Shown: piece after piece, positions 9,767-17,942 of the stretch
How positions within the stretch are numbered: the first letter of the stretch is position 1
Layout of the letters: every line of letters starts with the position of its first letter
Sequence record: SRR20825019_2750
Length of the DNA stretch: 41,008 bases
Strand: one strand, 5' to 3'
Notes under the pieces: generated by a model
Databases searched by the model: none
Told to the model about the DNA's origin: nothing
Seen by the model: only the letters and a program-made list of their open reading frames with translations
Translations under genes and position numbers: made by a program

Positions 9767-10870
9767 TTAGGTAATCGAACCCACTACGCCTTCGAGCAGG
9801 TAGTTCATGCCATCGAGTACGGGGTCGTAATTGTCCATTTCGCCCTCGATGACCACATTGCCGGCATTGTCCTTGAGCGGGCCGACATAGATGGGCTTCT
9901 GTGCCACCAGGTCGGCAATGGCGGCGTCCGCCGCGGCTACGGCTTCGGGCGTGGCGCCGGCGCCATAGACCGTGCTCTGCAGCATGTCGTTGTGGTAGCC
10001 ACCAGCGACGAAATTGGGCAGCGGCTCGCCGGCGGCAAGCAGGTCGGCATACATCGAATAGATGGTGCTCCACTTATACTCGGCGCCGGTGATGAAGCCG
10101 TTGGGCGCCAGTGGCGCCTGGCTGGCATTGTGCCCGCAGGTCTTGACGCCACGGCCCTCGGCCGTCTCGACCACCACCTTGGGGCCATCCACATGGCATC
10201 CGATGACGTCGCAGCCGGCATCGATCAGCGCATTGGTGGCCTCGGCCTCGCGCACGGGCATGGACCACTCGCCGGTGAAGATCACCTGTACGGTGGCATT
10301 GGGGTTGGTCTTCTTGGCGCCGAGCAGGAAGGAGTTGATGTTGCTCAGCACCGAAGGGATCGGTTTGGCCGCAACGAAGCCGAGCTTGCCGGTTGGCGAG
10401 GAGAGGCCGGCGGCGACGCCATTCACGTAATGGCCCTGGTTGAGGTAACAGAAATAGGAGCCGGCATTGGCCGGGTCAGCATCGCTCCACAGCGGCGCGG
10501 CGTGACGGAATTGAACATCGGGGTATTTCTTGGCCAGCTCGACCACGAAGGGGCTGTAATAGCCGAAGGAGGTGGCCAGTATCAGGTTGGCGCCGTCCAG
10601 GTTGATCATGGATTCCATGGACTGGCTGACGGCGTCGGTCTCGGGGACATTCTCTTCCTCGATGACGGTGACGCCAGGCACGGCCTTGAGGATTTCCATG
10701 GCGACTGAATGCGCCTGGTTCCAACCGAAATCGTCGCGCGGGCCGACATAGACGGCACCCAGCACGATGGGGGATTGCGCCCGGGCCAGACCCAGTGGCA
10801 GTGCGGCGGTAGCGATGCCCGCCGCACCGGCTTTGAGCAGTGAACGGCGGGACAGATTGAATTGCGTCAT
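9767..10870 (-). CDS. BMP-family ABC substrate-binding protein with Tat signal peptide
   Basis: MTQFNLSRRSLLK twin-arginine motif; YVGPRDDFGWNQAH and ATSFGY (BMP family); RBS GAGGGAG before ATG 10870. Confidence 0.92.
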   Translation of the reverse strand: MTQFNLSRRSLLKAGAAGIATAALPLGLARAQSPIVLGAVYVGPRDDFGWNQAHSVAMEILKAVPGVTVIEEENVPETDAVSQSMESMINLDGANLILATSFGYYSPFVVELAKKYPDVQFRHAAPLWSDADPANAGSYFCYLNQGHYVNGVAAGLSSPTGKLGFVAAKPIPSVLSNINSFLLGAKKTNPNATVQVIFTGEWSMPVREAEATNALIDAGCDVIGCHVDGPKVVVETAEGRGVKTCGHNASQAPLAPNGFITGAEYKWSTIYSMYADLLAAGEPLPNFVAGGYHNDMLQSTVYGAGATPEAVAAADAAIADLVAQKPIYVGPLKDNAGNVVIEGEMDNYDPVLDGMNYLLEGVVGSIT

Positions 10871-10921
10871 TGATTTGCTCCCTCGATCCGCGCCCGAACG
10901 GGGTACGGTTGCTATCGGCAA

Positions 10922-10937
10922 TGCAATCCCTGTGCCA
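10922..10937 (-). promoter_or_regulatory. Sigma-54 (-24/-12) promoter of the triuret/biuret operon
   Basis: The minus strand reads TGGCAC-AGGGA-TTGCA, a canonical TGGCAC-N5-TTGC, about 50 bp upstream of the SBP start. Confidence 0.85.
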
Positions 10938-11023
10938 CGCTGAAAAATTCGAATAAAATATCTGTTAATCAATGGGATATGTAAAAAACCGTAACCTGGT
11001 GTTGCCATGGCGGTTGGCCAGTA

Positions 11024-11083
11024 TTGCATACAACGTCGTCAGCAATGGCTAATAAATAGGCACAAACTTTCTGTTGCATACAA
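11024..11083. promoter_or_regulatory. Two GntR/FCD-type operators (TTGCATACAA at 11024-11033 and 11074-11083) flanking a possible NtrC-like site (11046-11062)
   Basis: Two identical near-palindromic 10-mers 50 bp apart in the divergent intergenic region. TGGCTAATAAATAGGCA between them loosely resembles an NtrC box. Confidence 0.65.
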
Positions 11084-11130
11084 TTATGTCGGGTGCCAGA
11101 CTTTGGCTCTGTGTCGTCGAAAGTGAACCC

Positions 11131-12939
11131 ATGCTGCCATTCCTGCCCGACCTTGCCGCCCTGCGCCGATACTATGATGATGGTGGCACGCCATTAGAGG
11201 TTGTCGAAGCGGTTGCGGCGCTATGTGCGTCCCACGACGACAAGGCGGTGTTCATCAGCCGGTTCAGTGGTGATGACTTGCGGGAAGCGGCCCGTACGCT
11301 GATGGCGAAGCACCCGGAGCCGAACAGTCTGCCGCTGTGGGGTGTCCCATTTGCCGTCAAGGACAATATCGAAGTGGCGCGGCTGCCGACCACAGCGGGT
11401 TGTCCGGGGTTTGCCTATGCCCCGGAAAGCGATGCAACAGTGGTGACACGGTTGAAGGCGGCCGGAGCCATTGTCATAGGCAAGACCAATCTGGATCAGT
11501 TCGCGACCGGCCTCAATGGCACGCGGTCACCCTATGGTGCCCCGCGCTCGGTTTTTGATCCCGACTATATTTCCGGCGGGTCCAGTTCCGGTTCGGCCGT
11601 CGCCGTTGCCGCAGGCCTGTGCAGCTTTGCATTGGGCACCGACACAGCAGGATCGGGACGGGTGCCGGCGGCACTCAACAATATCGTCGGGATCAAGCCA
11701 ACTCTGGGCCTGATTTCGACATCTGGCCTGGTGCCTGCCTGCCGAACCGTGGACGCCATCAGCATTTTCGCCGGCAGCGTGGCAGATGGCGTTGCCATTC
11801 GCAGGGTCGCAGAGGGGTATGACGAAGCTGATGCTTACTCGCGCAAGGCCCGGCCTGTGAACCTGCCGGAGAAACTGCGGGTCGGCGTGCTAGCGGGTGC
11901 AGAGCGCGAATTCTACGGCAATGCAGGCATGGAGGCTCGCTACGATGCAGCGATTGCTGCTGCGCAAGAGCTGGGTGCCAGCATTGTGCCCTTTGACTAC
12001 GCGCCATTCCGGGCAGCGGCAGAGTTGCTCTATGGCGGGCCTTGGGTGGCCGAACGCCTTGCGGCGGTGGAAGACTTCCATGCGGCCCATGCCGATGACA
12101 TGGATCCGACTGTCCGGAGTATTGTCGAGGGGGCAAGAGGCAAGACGGCAGTCGATGCCTTCAGGGGACAGTATCGGCTGGCGGCGCTCAGGCGCGAGGC
12201 CGATGCCGTTTGGCAGAATGCCGATATGCTGTTGCTGCCCACGACACCGACGACCTATCGCGTCGAGGAGATGCTGGCTGATCCGATCACGCTGAACAGC
12301 CACCTTGGCCGATACACCAATTTCGTCAATCTGTTCGACCTGGCGGCCATCGCGATACCGGCCGGGTTTGATGCCGACGGGCATTTGCCGGCCGGCGTTA
12401 CGCTGGTCGGTCCGGCGTTCAGCGATGACGCCATGGCGCCGTTTGCTGGGGGATTGCATCAAAAACTGGGCCGGGGGATAGGCCGCAATCTCGACCATGT
12501 CATCGCGGCACCCGTCTCTGAGCCTTCTGGCGATCAGGTGAACCTGGTCGTGGTGGGTGCCCATTTATCAGGAATGCCGCTCAACCACGAATTGCTTGGC
12601 CTCGGCGCGCGGATGGTCAAGGCCTGCAAAACCGCTGGCGACTACCGGCTGTTTGCCCTGCCAAATAACGTGCCGCCCAAGCCTGGTCTCGTTCGTGCCC
12701 CTGACTTCGTCGGGGAAGGCCTTTCGGTCGAAGTCTGGTCCATGCCTGTAGCAGGATTTGGTTCATTCGTGTCGCGTATTCCCGCCCCGCTGGGTATCGG
12801 CAAGATCACGCTGGACGATGGTAGCGCGGTCCCCGGATTTCTCTGCGAGCAGCATGCCGTAATGGGTGCATCCGAGGTTACCCACTTTGGCGGGTGGAGG
12901 GAGTTCGTCCTTGCCAACTCCAAGATGCCCGCAGCCTGA
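11131..12939 (+). CDS. atzF: Allophanate hydrolase
   Basis: Amidase signature AVKDN, GKTNLDQFATGL, GGSSSGS and GTDTAGSGRVPAA; C-terminal domain VVGAHLSGMPLN...PAPLGIG...GFLCE...GGWR. Confidence 0.95.
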   Translation: MLPFLPDLAALRRYYDDGGTPLEVVEAVAALCASHDDKAVFISRFSGDDLREAARTLMAKHPEPNSLPLWGVPFAVKDNIEVARLPTTAGCPGFAYAPESDATVVTRLKAAGAIVIGKTNLDQFATGLNGTRSPYGAPRSVFDPDYISGGSSSGSAVAVAAGLCSFALGTDTAGSGRVPAALNNIVGIKPTLGLISTSGLVPACRTVDAISIFAGSVADGVAIRRVAEGYDEADAYSRKARPVNLPEKLRVGVLAGAEREFYGNAGMEARYDAAIAAAQELGASIVPFDYAPFRAAAELLYGGPWVAERLAAVEDFHAAHADDMDPTVRSIVEGARGKTAVDAFRGQYRLAALRREADAVWQNADMLLLPTTPTTYRVEEMLADPITLNSHLGRYTNFVNLFDLAAIAIPAGFDADGHLPAGVTLVGPAFSDDAMAPFAGGLHQKLGRGIGRNLDHVIAAPVSEPSGDQVNLVVVGAHLSGMPLNHELLGLGARMVKACKTAGDYRLFALPNNVPPKPGLVRAPDFVGEGLSVEVWSMPVAGFGSFVSRIPAPLGIGKITLDDGSAVPGFLCEQHAVMGASEVTHFGGWREFVLANSKMPAA

Positions 12940-12990
12940 CTCCTTCGTTCCTCTTGAATTCAACAACATAATTGTTCTCAAGTTGATCCC

Positions 12991-13071
12991 GACCGGCGCG
13001 CCAATTTGCTAGCGAGCATTTGGACTGAACAGCCCTGACCTTGCTGTATTGATCGCCGGTGCTCTGGCAGC
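12991..13071 (+). repeat. Imperfect direct repeat, copy 2 (copy 1 at 2639-2722)
   Basis: Same ordered blocks as 2639-2722. Confidence 0.9.
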
Positions 13072-13252
13072 TCCACGCCCCAATCCGGCCCGTTCAGCGC
13101 GCGTTGGCAGTATCCCCAAGGCGGTCATCACCGTCGTACCCCGCCAACGACCAGATTGGGGGCAGACAGACGGCGCGTGGCGGCGATAACCTGACTTTTG
13201 TTGCACAGGCGTCGAGTTGACGGACATTCCTCCGCGCCTTAACAATTGGCGC

Positions 13253-13309
13253 ATGATGATCGAAAACGGCAGGGTCGTAGTAGGCGCGCGCATGGGCACG
13301 GCAGCATAA
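13253..13309 (+). CDS. Candidate leader peptide MMIENGRVVVGARMGTAA (18 aa)
   Basis: Short ORF directly after TTGACG-N18-AACAAT (13217-13246), so possibly leaderless. It overlaps a 10-bp stem arm and precedes an intrinsic terminator. Confidence 0.5.
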   Translation: MMIENGRVVVGARMGTAA

Positions 13310-13343
13310 CTGCCAGGCGAAAGCACCCATGCGCGGAGAAATC

Positions 13344-13365
13344 AGCCCCTCACAGGGGCTTTTTT
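13344..13365 (+). terminator. Intrinsic terminator (attenuator) in the MFS 5' leader
   Basis: AGCCCCT-CAC-AGGGGCT followed by a T run, about 40 nt before the MFS start codon. Confidence 0.8.
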
Positions 13366-13402
13366 ATTGCCAAGTTTTCCACCCAAGCAATTGGCTTTGA
13401 TC

Positions 13403-14596
13403 ATGCCAGCTTCATCAGTTTCTCCTCGCCTGTCCACGTTGGTCCTGCTGTCGGCACTTGCTATCCTGCCGATCAACTTCTTCCTTCCCTCTCTCCCGCA
13501 GATGGCCGGCGAATTTGACGTCGATTATGGACTGATCGGGCTTTCGCTGGCGGGCTATGCCATTGTGTCAGCATGTCTGCAGCTCGTTGTGGGCCCGCTT
13601 TCGGACCGCTATGGCCGCCGGCCTGTAATCCTCGGGGCGCTGGCGCTATTTATCGCTGCGACGCTCGGGTGCGCCGTAGCGCCGGATGCCTGGACCTTTT
13701 TGGCCTGCCGAATGGTGCAGGCTGTGATCGCACCAACCTATGCGGTGTCGCTCGCGGTGATCCGTGACACGACCAATCGAGAACAGATCGCAGGTCGGTT
13801 TGCTTATCTGGCCATGGCGTGGGCTATTGCACCCATGCTCGGCCCCACGGCAGGCGGGCTGCTTGATCAGGTCTTTGGGTGGAGGGCCAGCTTCTACGTT
13901 CTGGCGCTTCTTGGAATCGCGGTCCTGGGGTTGTGCTGGACCGACCTGCGCGAAACGAACACGTCGCGATCCATGACGATGCTCGAGCAGTACAAAGCCT
14001 ATCCCGAACTGCTCGGCTCCAAACGATTCCTGGCCTATTGCCTATGCATGGCCTTCTCGGTCGGCGCCTTCTATGCCTTCCTGGCTGGCGCACCTCTGGC
14101 CGCTTCAGCCTTCGACCTGTCGCCAGCAGTTCTGGGTCTTTACATGGGCTCGATCACAGGCGGCTTCTTGCTCGGTAGTTTTCTTGCCGGGCGGCTCGCC
14201 GGCCAACTCCCGGAAGCCACCCTGCTGATTGCAGGAAGGCTCGTGGCTTGCGGGGGGCTCCTGTTCGGCATCGTCCTCTATTTTGCCGGCGTCAATCATG
14301 TGGTGGCCTTGTTCGGGCCGTGTCTTTTCGTCGGGATATCGAACGGACTTACGCAGCCCAGCGCCAATGCTGCGGCAATTTCGGTTCGCTCGACGCAGAC
14401 GGGAAGCGCCGCCGGTCTCGCCGGGGCGATCACCGTCGCTGGCGCTTCCATTATGGCAGCGATTGCAGGTGCTCTTTTGACGGAAGAGAATGCTCGGTCC
14501 GGCCTGCTATTGGTGATGCTGGCCTCAGCGGTTGTCGCCCTGGGTGCAGCCCTGTTTGCTCGTCATCTCGAAACTATACCGCCCCGGACGACATAA
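13403..14596 (+). CDS. Bcr/CflA-family MFS efflux transporter
   Basis: Motifs FLPSLP, GPLSDRYGRRPV and APMLGP..GG; hydrophobic MFS pattern. Confidence 0.9.
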   Translation: MPASSVSPRLSTLVLLSALAILPINFFLPSLPQMAGEFDVDYGLIGLSLAGYAIVSACLQLVVGPLSDRYGRRPVILGALALFIAATLGCAVAPDAWTFLACRMVQAVIAPTYAVSLAVIRDTTNREQIAGRFAYLAMAWAIAPMLGPTAGGLLDQVFGWRASFYVLALLGIAVLGLCWTDLRETNTSRSMTMLEQYKAYPELLGSKRFLAYCLCMAFSVGAFYAFLAGAPLAASAFDLSPAVLGLYMGSITGGFLLGSFLAGRLAGQLPEATLLIAGRLVACGGLLFGIVLYFAGVNHVVALFGPCLFVGISNGLTQPSANAAAISVRSTQTGSAAGLAGAITVAGASIMAAIAGALLTEENARSGLLLVMLASAVVALGAALFARHLETIPPRTT

Positions 14597-14740
14597 CCAA
14601 AGGAGAACGCGCACGCCTGCTTTCAGCGATGGCGGAACGTTACCCCAATCTTTGCGATGGAGTTGGCAACAGCCACCCTCAACCTCGTCATGATCGTTCG
14701 CCCAAGGGACTTCGACCATTTTCAATGAGCAGACGAAGAG

Positions 14741-14766
14741 AGGGCCGGGGCTATGGCTCCGGCCCT
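14741..14766 (-). terminator. GC-rich hairpin downstream of the dioxygenase
   Basis: AGGGCCGGGGC-TATG-GCTCCGGCCCT, 15 nt past the stop codon; weak U-tract. Confidence 0.55.
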
Positions 14767-14781
14767 GTAGTGAACTCGCTC

Positions 14782-15780
14782 TTAAAGCCGGTTGGCAGCT
14801 ATTCGCTGCTGCAGGTAGTCATGGGCCGTGATCGGCTCATACTTGCCGCCGGGACCCTCTATGATCGCGTCCTTGTTGGCCTGGCAGAAGAAGGGCAGGG
14901 AATAGCGAGGGCCGAGATATTCGTGCTCGGCCGGCATCCGGACCCGGTGCAGCGTCGACAGAAGCTGGTCGTCGCTCCAACGCATCAGCATGTCGCCGAT
15001 ATTGCAGGTGACCACGCCCGCCTTGGGCTCCACATCGGTCCAGGCCAGTTCGCCGTCAGACTCCTTGCCGGGGCAGAGCTGCAATCCGCCCTGACCGACA
15101 CGCTGGTGCAGCAGGGTCAGGCAGTCGAAGTCGGTATGGGCCCCGGCACGCCAGCCCTTGAAGTCATCGGGCTTGGCATCAACCATGGGCAGATAGTGGA
15201 TGAGCCGCTGGGTGCTCTGATATTCGGGCGAGAGCGGATCGTGAGCGTCGGTGAAGAAGTCCGGCTCGAAACCGAGCTTCAGGGCAAAGCAGGACAGGAC
15301 CTGCATGCCCAGCGCCCAGTTTGCGCGCTCGAAAGCCAGCATTGTGGCCTTGAAGCCCGGCAATTCATTGCCGTTTGGCCAGAGGCCCGCCATGCGCGGC
15401 GCGGTAATCTGGTAGGATTCCTTATTGTCGGCGGTGCCGGTGGAGGGGCGCACCTGCGCCTTGTATTCCCACCCGGCATTTGTCCCCTTGCCCAGCGGAT
15501 ACTGCGCCTTGATCTCTTCAGACAGGTCGAAGAACTTGGCCGTCATGTCGAACGCGGCATCGATTTGGCTCTGCGGGATGCCGTGATTGATCAGCTGGAA
15601 GAAACCGATCCGGGTCGCCGCATCCCAGAGCTGGTCGGCAATCACGGCTTTACGATTTTCGAAATCGCTCATGTCGATCTGGGGGACGTCGCGATGCATG
15701 GTCGTGCCGACGCCGCCAATGCCCTTTTCCTTGTTGAGTTCGGCCAGACCGTAATCGGCTGCCGCTGCCTGTGCTGTCAT
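14782..15780 (-). CDS. 2-oxoglutarate/Fe(II)-dependent dioxygenase (isopenicillin N synthase family)
   Basis: GFFQLINHGI; HTD...LHRV...RYS (HxD/H iron triad and RxS); RBS GGAGA before ATG 15780. Confidence 0.93.
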   Translation of the reverse strand: MTAQAAAADYGLAELNKEKGIGGVGTTMHRDVPQIDMSDFENRKAVIADQLWDAATRIGFFQLINHGIPQSQIDAAFDMTAKFFDLSEEIKAQYPLGKGTNAGWEYKAQVRPSTGTADNKESYQITAPRMAGLWPNGNELPGFKATMLAFERANWALGMQVLSCFALKLGFEPDFFTDAHDPLSPEYQSTQRLIHYLPMVDAKPDDFKGWRAGAHTDFDCLTLLHQRVGQGGLQLCPGKESDGELAWTDVEPKAGVVTCNIGDMLMRWSDDQLLSTLHRVRMPAEHEYLGPRYSLPFFCQANKDAIIEGPGGKYEPITAHDYLQQRIAANRL

Positions 15781-15810
15781 GATTGTCTCCATGAGAAAGT
15801 GTGGGGTGCT

Positions 15811-15854
15811 GGAGCAATGACCGGACGCCGCTGGCGTCTGACTGCTTCTACTCC
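15811..15854 (-). ncRNA. NMT1-motif (xanthine-I) riboswitch aptamer
   Basis: The minus strand reads GGAGTAGAAGCAGTCAGACGCCAGCGGCGTCCGGTCATTGCTCC. This fits the recalled NMT1 consensus GAGUAGAAGC..UCAG-[stem]-CCGG...UUGCUC and lies about 30 nt upstream of a dioxygenase, a typical gene association. Confidence 0.85.
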
Positions 15855-15881
15855 GAAGGGGCCGTCTTTTTATGTGCTGTC

Positions 15882-15924
15882 CTTGTCCCGAAACCGGTGT
15901 TCCCTTTCGGGGGACAAGCCCTAG
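15882..15924. repeat. REP-like hairpin
   Basis: CTTGTCCCGAAA-CCGGTGTTCCC-TTTCGGGGGACAAG inverted repeat ending in CTAG. Confidence 0.65.
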
Positions 15925-16064
15925 TGCGAACCGGCGGCCCTGGCCGATCCGGCGTGCTTGTCCCGTGGCTCCTGGGATTGGCACAGGCGCAGGGCGCAGG
16001 TGGCGCAGCCACGACCACAGGGGGATTTTCCGGCTTCGGAAGCATTGTGAAGGTCCATCCGCAT
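15921..16064 (-). CDS. Small Cys-rich protein (47 aa, C-x3-C-x2-C-x4-C), not in the ORF track
   Basis: MRMDLHNASEAGKSPCGRGCATCALRLCQSQEPRDKHAGSARAAGSH*; RBS GAAAGGA 10 nt upstream. Confidence 0.5.
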   Translation of the reverse strand: MRMDLHNASEAGKSPCGRGCATCALRLCQSQEPRDKHAGSARAAGSH

Positions 16065-16170
16065 GGGATCTCGGTCCTTTCAGCGTAGGTTCACGGCGAT
16101 GTGCCGAACCGACGCGAGAAGAATGGACCCGTTGAGTGCTGCCCATCCAGCGTCAAATTCAGCGTCTGGT

Positions 16171-16212
16171 GTTGCCTTGCGCGCAACGGGTGCGTGTTGC
16201 GTAAAATGCAAC
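16171..16212. promoter_or_regulatory. Tandem LysR-type boxes GTTGC-N7-GCAAC
   Basis: GTTGCCTTGCGCGCAAC (16171-16187) and GTTGCGTAAAATGCAAC (16196-16212); each contains T-N11-A. Confidence 0.7.
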
Positions 16213-16287
16213 GCCTGAGGCGAATATTGGCGCTTGTTGCGCCTGATCCAGGGGCTAGGCTTTACCCGTCAAACCCGGAGGCCCCCA

Positions 16288-17073
16288 ATGCCGGACGTTT
16301 CACCCGTTGTTCGTTTCGCTGGCGTCAGCCAGATCTTTTCCGACCCGTCCGGCGCCAGCGTCACCGCGCTTTCGGACCTCCATATTGATATCCGCAAGAA
16401 CGAGTTCCTGGCCGTCCTCGGACCTTCGGGCTGTGGCAAGTCCACCCTGCTGCGCCAGATAGCGGGCCTCCTGATCCCGACCAGCGGCACGGTCTCGATC
16501 TATGGGCGAGAGGTGAGCGAGCCGCGCGACGAGATCGGCATGGTCTTCCAGAAGCCGACCCTCTTGCCTTGGTACAGCGTGCGCGACAACGTCACCTTTC
16601 CCATGCGCCACAAATATGGGCGCGTCACCGACAAGGACCGCGTGCGGGCCGACGAACTGCTGGCCATGATGGGCCTGGGTGAATTTGCCACGCGCCTGCC
16701 CGACACGCTATCGGGCGGCATGCAGCAACGCGTCGCCCTGGCCCGGGCGCTGCTGCTCGATCCCGATATCCTGCTCATGGACGAGCCGTTTTCGGCGCTC
16801 GATGCCCTAACGCGGGACGAGATGAGTTTCGAGCTGCTGCGCATCTGGCAGGAGCGACCCAAGACGGTGATCTTCATCACCCATTCAATCCCTGAAGCCG
16901 TGCTCCTGGCCGACCGGATCGTGGTGATGTCGTCGCGCCCCGGCCGGGTCCGCGAGGTGATCGAGGTTGACCTGCCGCGTCCGCGCACCATGCAGAGTTT
17001 TTCGGCGCCGCGCTTTTCGGTGCTGGCCAACCATATCCGCGAACAGCTTTTCACCCGTCCCCTGATGGCATGA
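16288..17073 (+). CDS. ABC transporter ATP-binding protein (NitT/TauT type)
   Basis: Motifs [17 protein letters not shown] and MDEPFSALD; RBS GGAGG. Confidence 0.95.
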   Translation: MPDVSPVVRFAGVSQIFSDPSGASVTALSDLHIDIRKNEFLAVLGPSGCGKSTLLRQIAGLLIPTSGTVSIYGREVSEPRDEIGMVFQKPTLLPWYSVRDNVTFPMRHKYGRVTDKDRVRADELLAMMGLGEFATRLPDTLSGGMQQRVALARALLLDPDILLMDEPFSALDALTRDEMSFELLRIWQERPKTVIFITHSIPEAVLLADRIVVMSSRPGRVREVIEVDLPRPRTMQSFSAPRFSVLANHIREQLFTRPLMA

Positions 17074-17076
17074 CCC

Positions 17077-17883
17077 ATGGCCCTCGCAATGTCTGATCTG
17101 CCCAGCCGTTCCGTCCTGCAGCGCCTGCTGCGCCTAGTCGACGCCGGTCTGCCCGTGCTTGCCTTTGTCGCACTTATCGCGGTGTGGGAGGGCGGCACCA
17201 GGCTTTTCCAGGTGCCCACATTCCTGTTGCCGGCCCCCAGCATGATCGTTTCCGCGCTTTTCGGGCTCGATGCAGGGCTCTGGGCCGGGCACATCTGGGC
17301 GACCGTCCGGGTGGCGCTGCTAGGATATGCCCTGGCGATTGCCGTCTCGGTGCCGCTGGCGATTGGCCTTGCCACGTCGCGCACGCTGTCGCGGACGCTC
17401 TATCCCTTCCTTATCGTGATCCAGTCGATGCCCATCGTGGCGGTGGCGCCCATCATCGTGGTCACCATGGGGTCGGGAGACCTGCCGCGCGTGATGATCA
17501 CTTTCCTCATCACCTTCTTCCCCATCGTGGTCTCGACCACGACTGGCTTGATGGCTACGCCGCCCGAACTGATCGAGCTGTCCCGCTCCCTCAGGGCCGG
17601 GCGCAGCCGTGAAATCTGGCAGATCCGCCTGCCCTATGCGATGCCGCACCTGTTCTCGGCGCTGCGCATCTGCACCACGCTGGCCCTGATCGGCGCGGTG
17701 GTGGCCGAGTTCGTGGCGGCGGATAAGGGGCTGGGCTATTTCATCACCTTCTCGACCTCCAACTTCCGCATCCCGGCGGCCTTTTCGGGCCTCGTCGTGC
17801 TGGTGGTGCTGAGCCTTGGCTTTTTCAAGCTCGTCGACCTTGTCCAGCACCGGCTTGCTTCATGGTCACTGCCCAATCGCTGA
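17077..17883 (+). CDS. ABC transporter permease (NitT/TauT type)
   Basis: Motifs LLPAPS, P.VAVAP and IGAVVAEF....GLG. Confidence 0.93.
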   Translation: MALAMSDLPSRSVLQRLLRLVDAGLPVLAFVALIAVWEGGTRLFQVPTFLLPAPSMIVSALFGLDAGLWAGHIWATVRVALLGYALAIAVSVPLAIGLATSRTLSRTLYPFLIVIQSMPIVAVAPIIVVTMGSGDLPRVMITFLITFFPIVVSTTTGLMATPPELIELSRSLRAGRSREIWQIRLPYAMPHLFSALRICTTLALIGAVVAEFVAADKGLGYFITFSTSNFRIPAAFSGLVVLVVLSLGFFKLVDLVQHRLASWSLPNR

Positions 17884-17942
17884 GCGCTTGAGTTTGGCAC
17901 GGCTGCGCGGCAAGGTGCATGGCGAATAGGACCTTGCCCACC

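Noticed and set aside
2824-12939. Calling the cluster an atrazine/cyanuric acid degradation operon
   Set aside because: No AtzA/B/C/D/E homolog is in the module, and the hydrolase residues indicate triuret/biuret.
14588-14653. Short stretch GERARLLSAMAERYPN resembling the C-terminus of a deazaflavin-dependent nitroreductase
   Set aside because: About 20 aa with no flanking support; could be chance.
14248-15924. 558-aa plus-strand ORF, and other long antisense ORFs (e.g. 9470-10708, 21329-22375, 37443-38732)
   Set aside because: Shadow ORFs opposite well-supported genes, common in GC-rich DNA; no recognisable motifs.
15856-15960. Guanidine-I (ykkC) riboswitch suggested by CTAGGG on the minus strand
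   Set aside because: The remaining ykkC consensus is absent; the segment is explained by a REP hairpin and the small ORF's stop codon.
15781-16146. N-terminal extension of the dioxygenase ORF to 454 aa
   Set aside because: It runs through the riboswitch, REP and small ORF; the RBS and family similarity support a start at 15780.
17894-17909. TGGCAC upstream of the first LysR as a sigma54 promoter
   Set aside because: No TTGC at the -12 position.
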